Under the pieces are notes generated by a model. The model was given only the letters and a program-made list of their open reading frames with translations. It was not told the DNA's origin and ran no database searches. This document shows, piece by piece, positions 62,847 to 64,000 of a stretch of 64,000 nt of DNA. Origin of the DNA: Octopus sinensis (lineage: Eukaryota); assembly GCF_006345805.1 (NCBI RefSeq), contig NC_043002.1, positions 101,122,001 to 101,186,000 of the forward strand, given 5' to 3'. The position numbers and the translations under genes are program-made. Numbering within the stretch: position 1 is the stretch's first letter; each line of letters opens with the position of its first letter.

Positions 62847-64000
62847 ATATATACACATAAATATATATACATACATATATCTACATACACACACATATAT
62901 AAATAAATAAATATATATATATACATGGATCACTGACTCAATGCTGAAATTACACTAAGAATACTCAGTATCTAGCGATAAATATTTCGGTAAATTGGAC
63001 CGGACTTTTTTTGTATGTGAAGTGATTTAGCCAGAACGAGATTGTTATGGTGGCAAGTTGCTGATATAGACCTTCGGCCCCTCGGCTGGTGTTTTTTGAT
63101 CCTTTTGATTTAAGACTCCATTGCTCTCATTGAATCAACAATGAATACTAAAAGAGGAAGTTTTATTTCCTGTTATTACACTCGGTTACGTTTCACATCG
63201 ATGTACGTCAGATGAAAGTTGAAAAATGACAAGATATATGATTTTGTAAGTGAATATCAACATCTAATCAAAGCAATATTTGGTAAACTACAGCATTATA
63301 ACAACATAAAAAATATCAATCTTCGACAGTGCACTTATTTGTGAGATTTTTGGATGGAAAGATACAAAGGTCAACAAATTTCTTTGATATTTCTATAATT
63401 TTCTTTTCGGCTTCATGAGATAAAATCACGTTGAGACGAGAAATGGGTGAATCACGAGATTAAACAAATGCAAAATTAAGAAAAGAAAAACAGAAAAGAA
63501 AAGAAAAACAGAAGAAATTGAAGGAAACAAATTCAGAAAATAAGAAATAAATTAAAGGAAAACCTTTTTGTATCCTTAAACGATATTTTTCATTGGAAGA
63601 TTTTTCGTTATATTTGCTTTGTGATATCATTATAGTATGTAATTTATCTATAAGAAAGACAGATTAATTTCTTTTGCTTTCAACGTATGATTAATCTGAT
63701 ATTCTTTCTTCGTTTCCTCCTTACTATTATTTCATTTTTATTCTTTTTCCTGCTCTTTTTCTGTCTGTCTGTCTCTTATTTTTTACATTATCTCCTATTT
63801 TTAATTATCATCATGTTTATCTCACTTCATTATTACATTCCTAGCGTGATTAAATATATATATATATATATATAATACATATGCGTACATATGTATGTAT
63901 GTATGTATTAATGTATGTCTTTGATCGTGAGTGTTTAAAAATTACTTCTCTATCTCATCATAATATTTCTCATCAGTTTGCAGTATTACATTTAATACCG

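Noticed and set aside
171-63875. Dozens of ORFs rich in YI, CV, LS, poly-I/N/E/S
   Set aside because: They are translations of TA, CA, TCTA, AAT and CTT microsatellites, not genes.

Overview
AT-rich, microsatellite-laden eukaryotic DNA; the SINE/LINE/Penelope repertoire points to an octopus (coleoid cephalopod) genome, which is an inference. No complete protein-coding gene can be supported, and almost all listed ORFs are translations of microsatellites. The window is mostly transposon debris: R4/Dong-type RLE LINEs, CR1/L2-group APE-RT LINEs (one near full length, 35187-39046), Penelope-like (GIY-YIG/RT) fragments, Tc1, mariner, maT, hAT and Chapaev3-like remnants, a Helitron, MITEs and several tRNA-derived SINE families. 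A few isolated exon and promoter candidates are present, including a Cys-rich LU/three-finger-like exon at 45607-45698. The standout is a (TA)n-embedded array at 4693-8603: six near-identical 544-546 bp units plus a fold-back inverted copy. Each unit carries a minimal type I hammerhead-ribozyme motif with a palindromic stem III, so it is a retrozyme-like or Penelope pLTR-derived candidate for self-cleaving monomer/circRNA production. Four more minimal hammerhead motifs from other families are scattered through the window.
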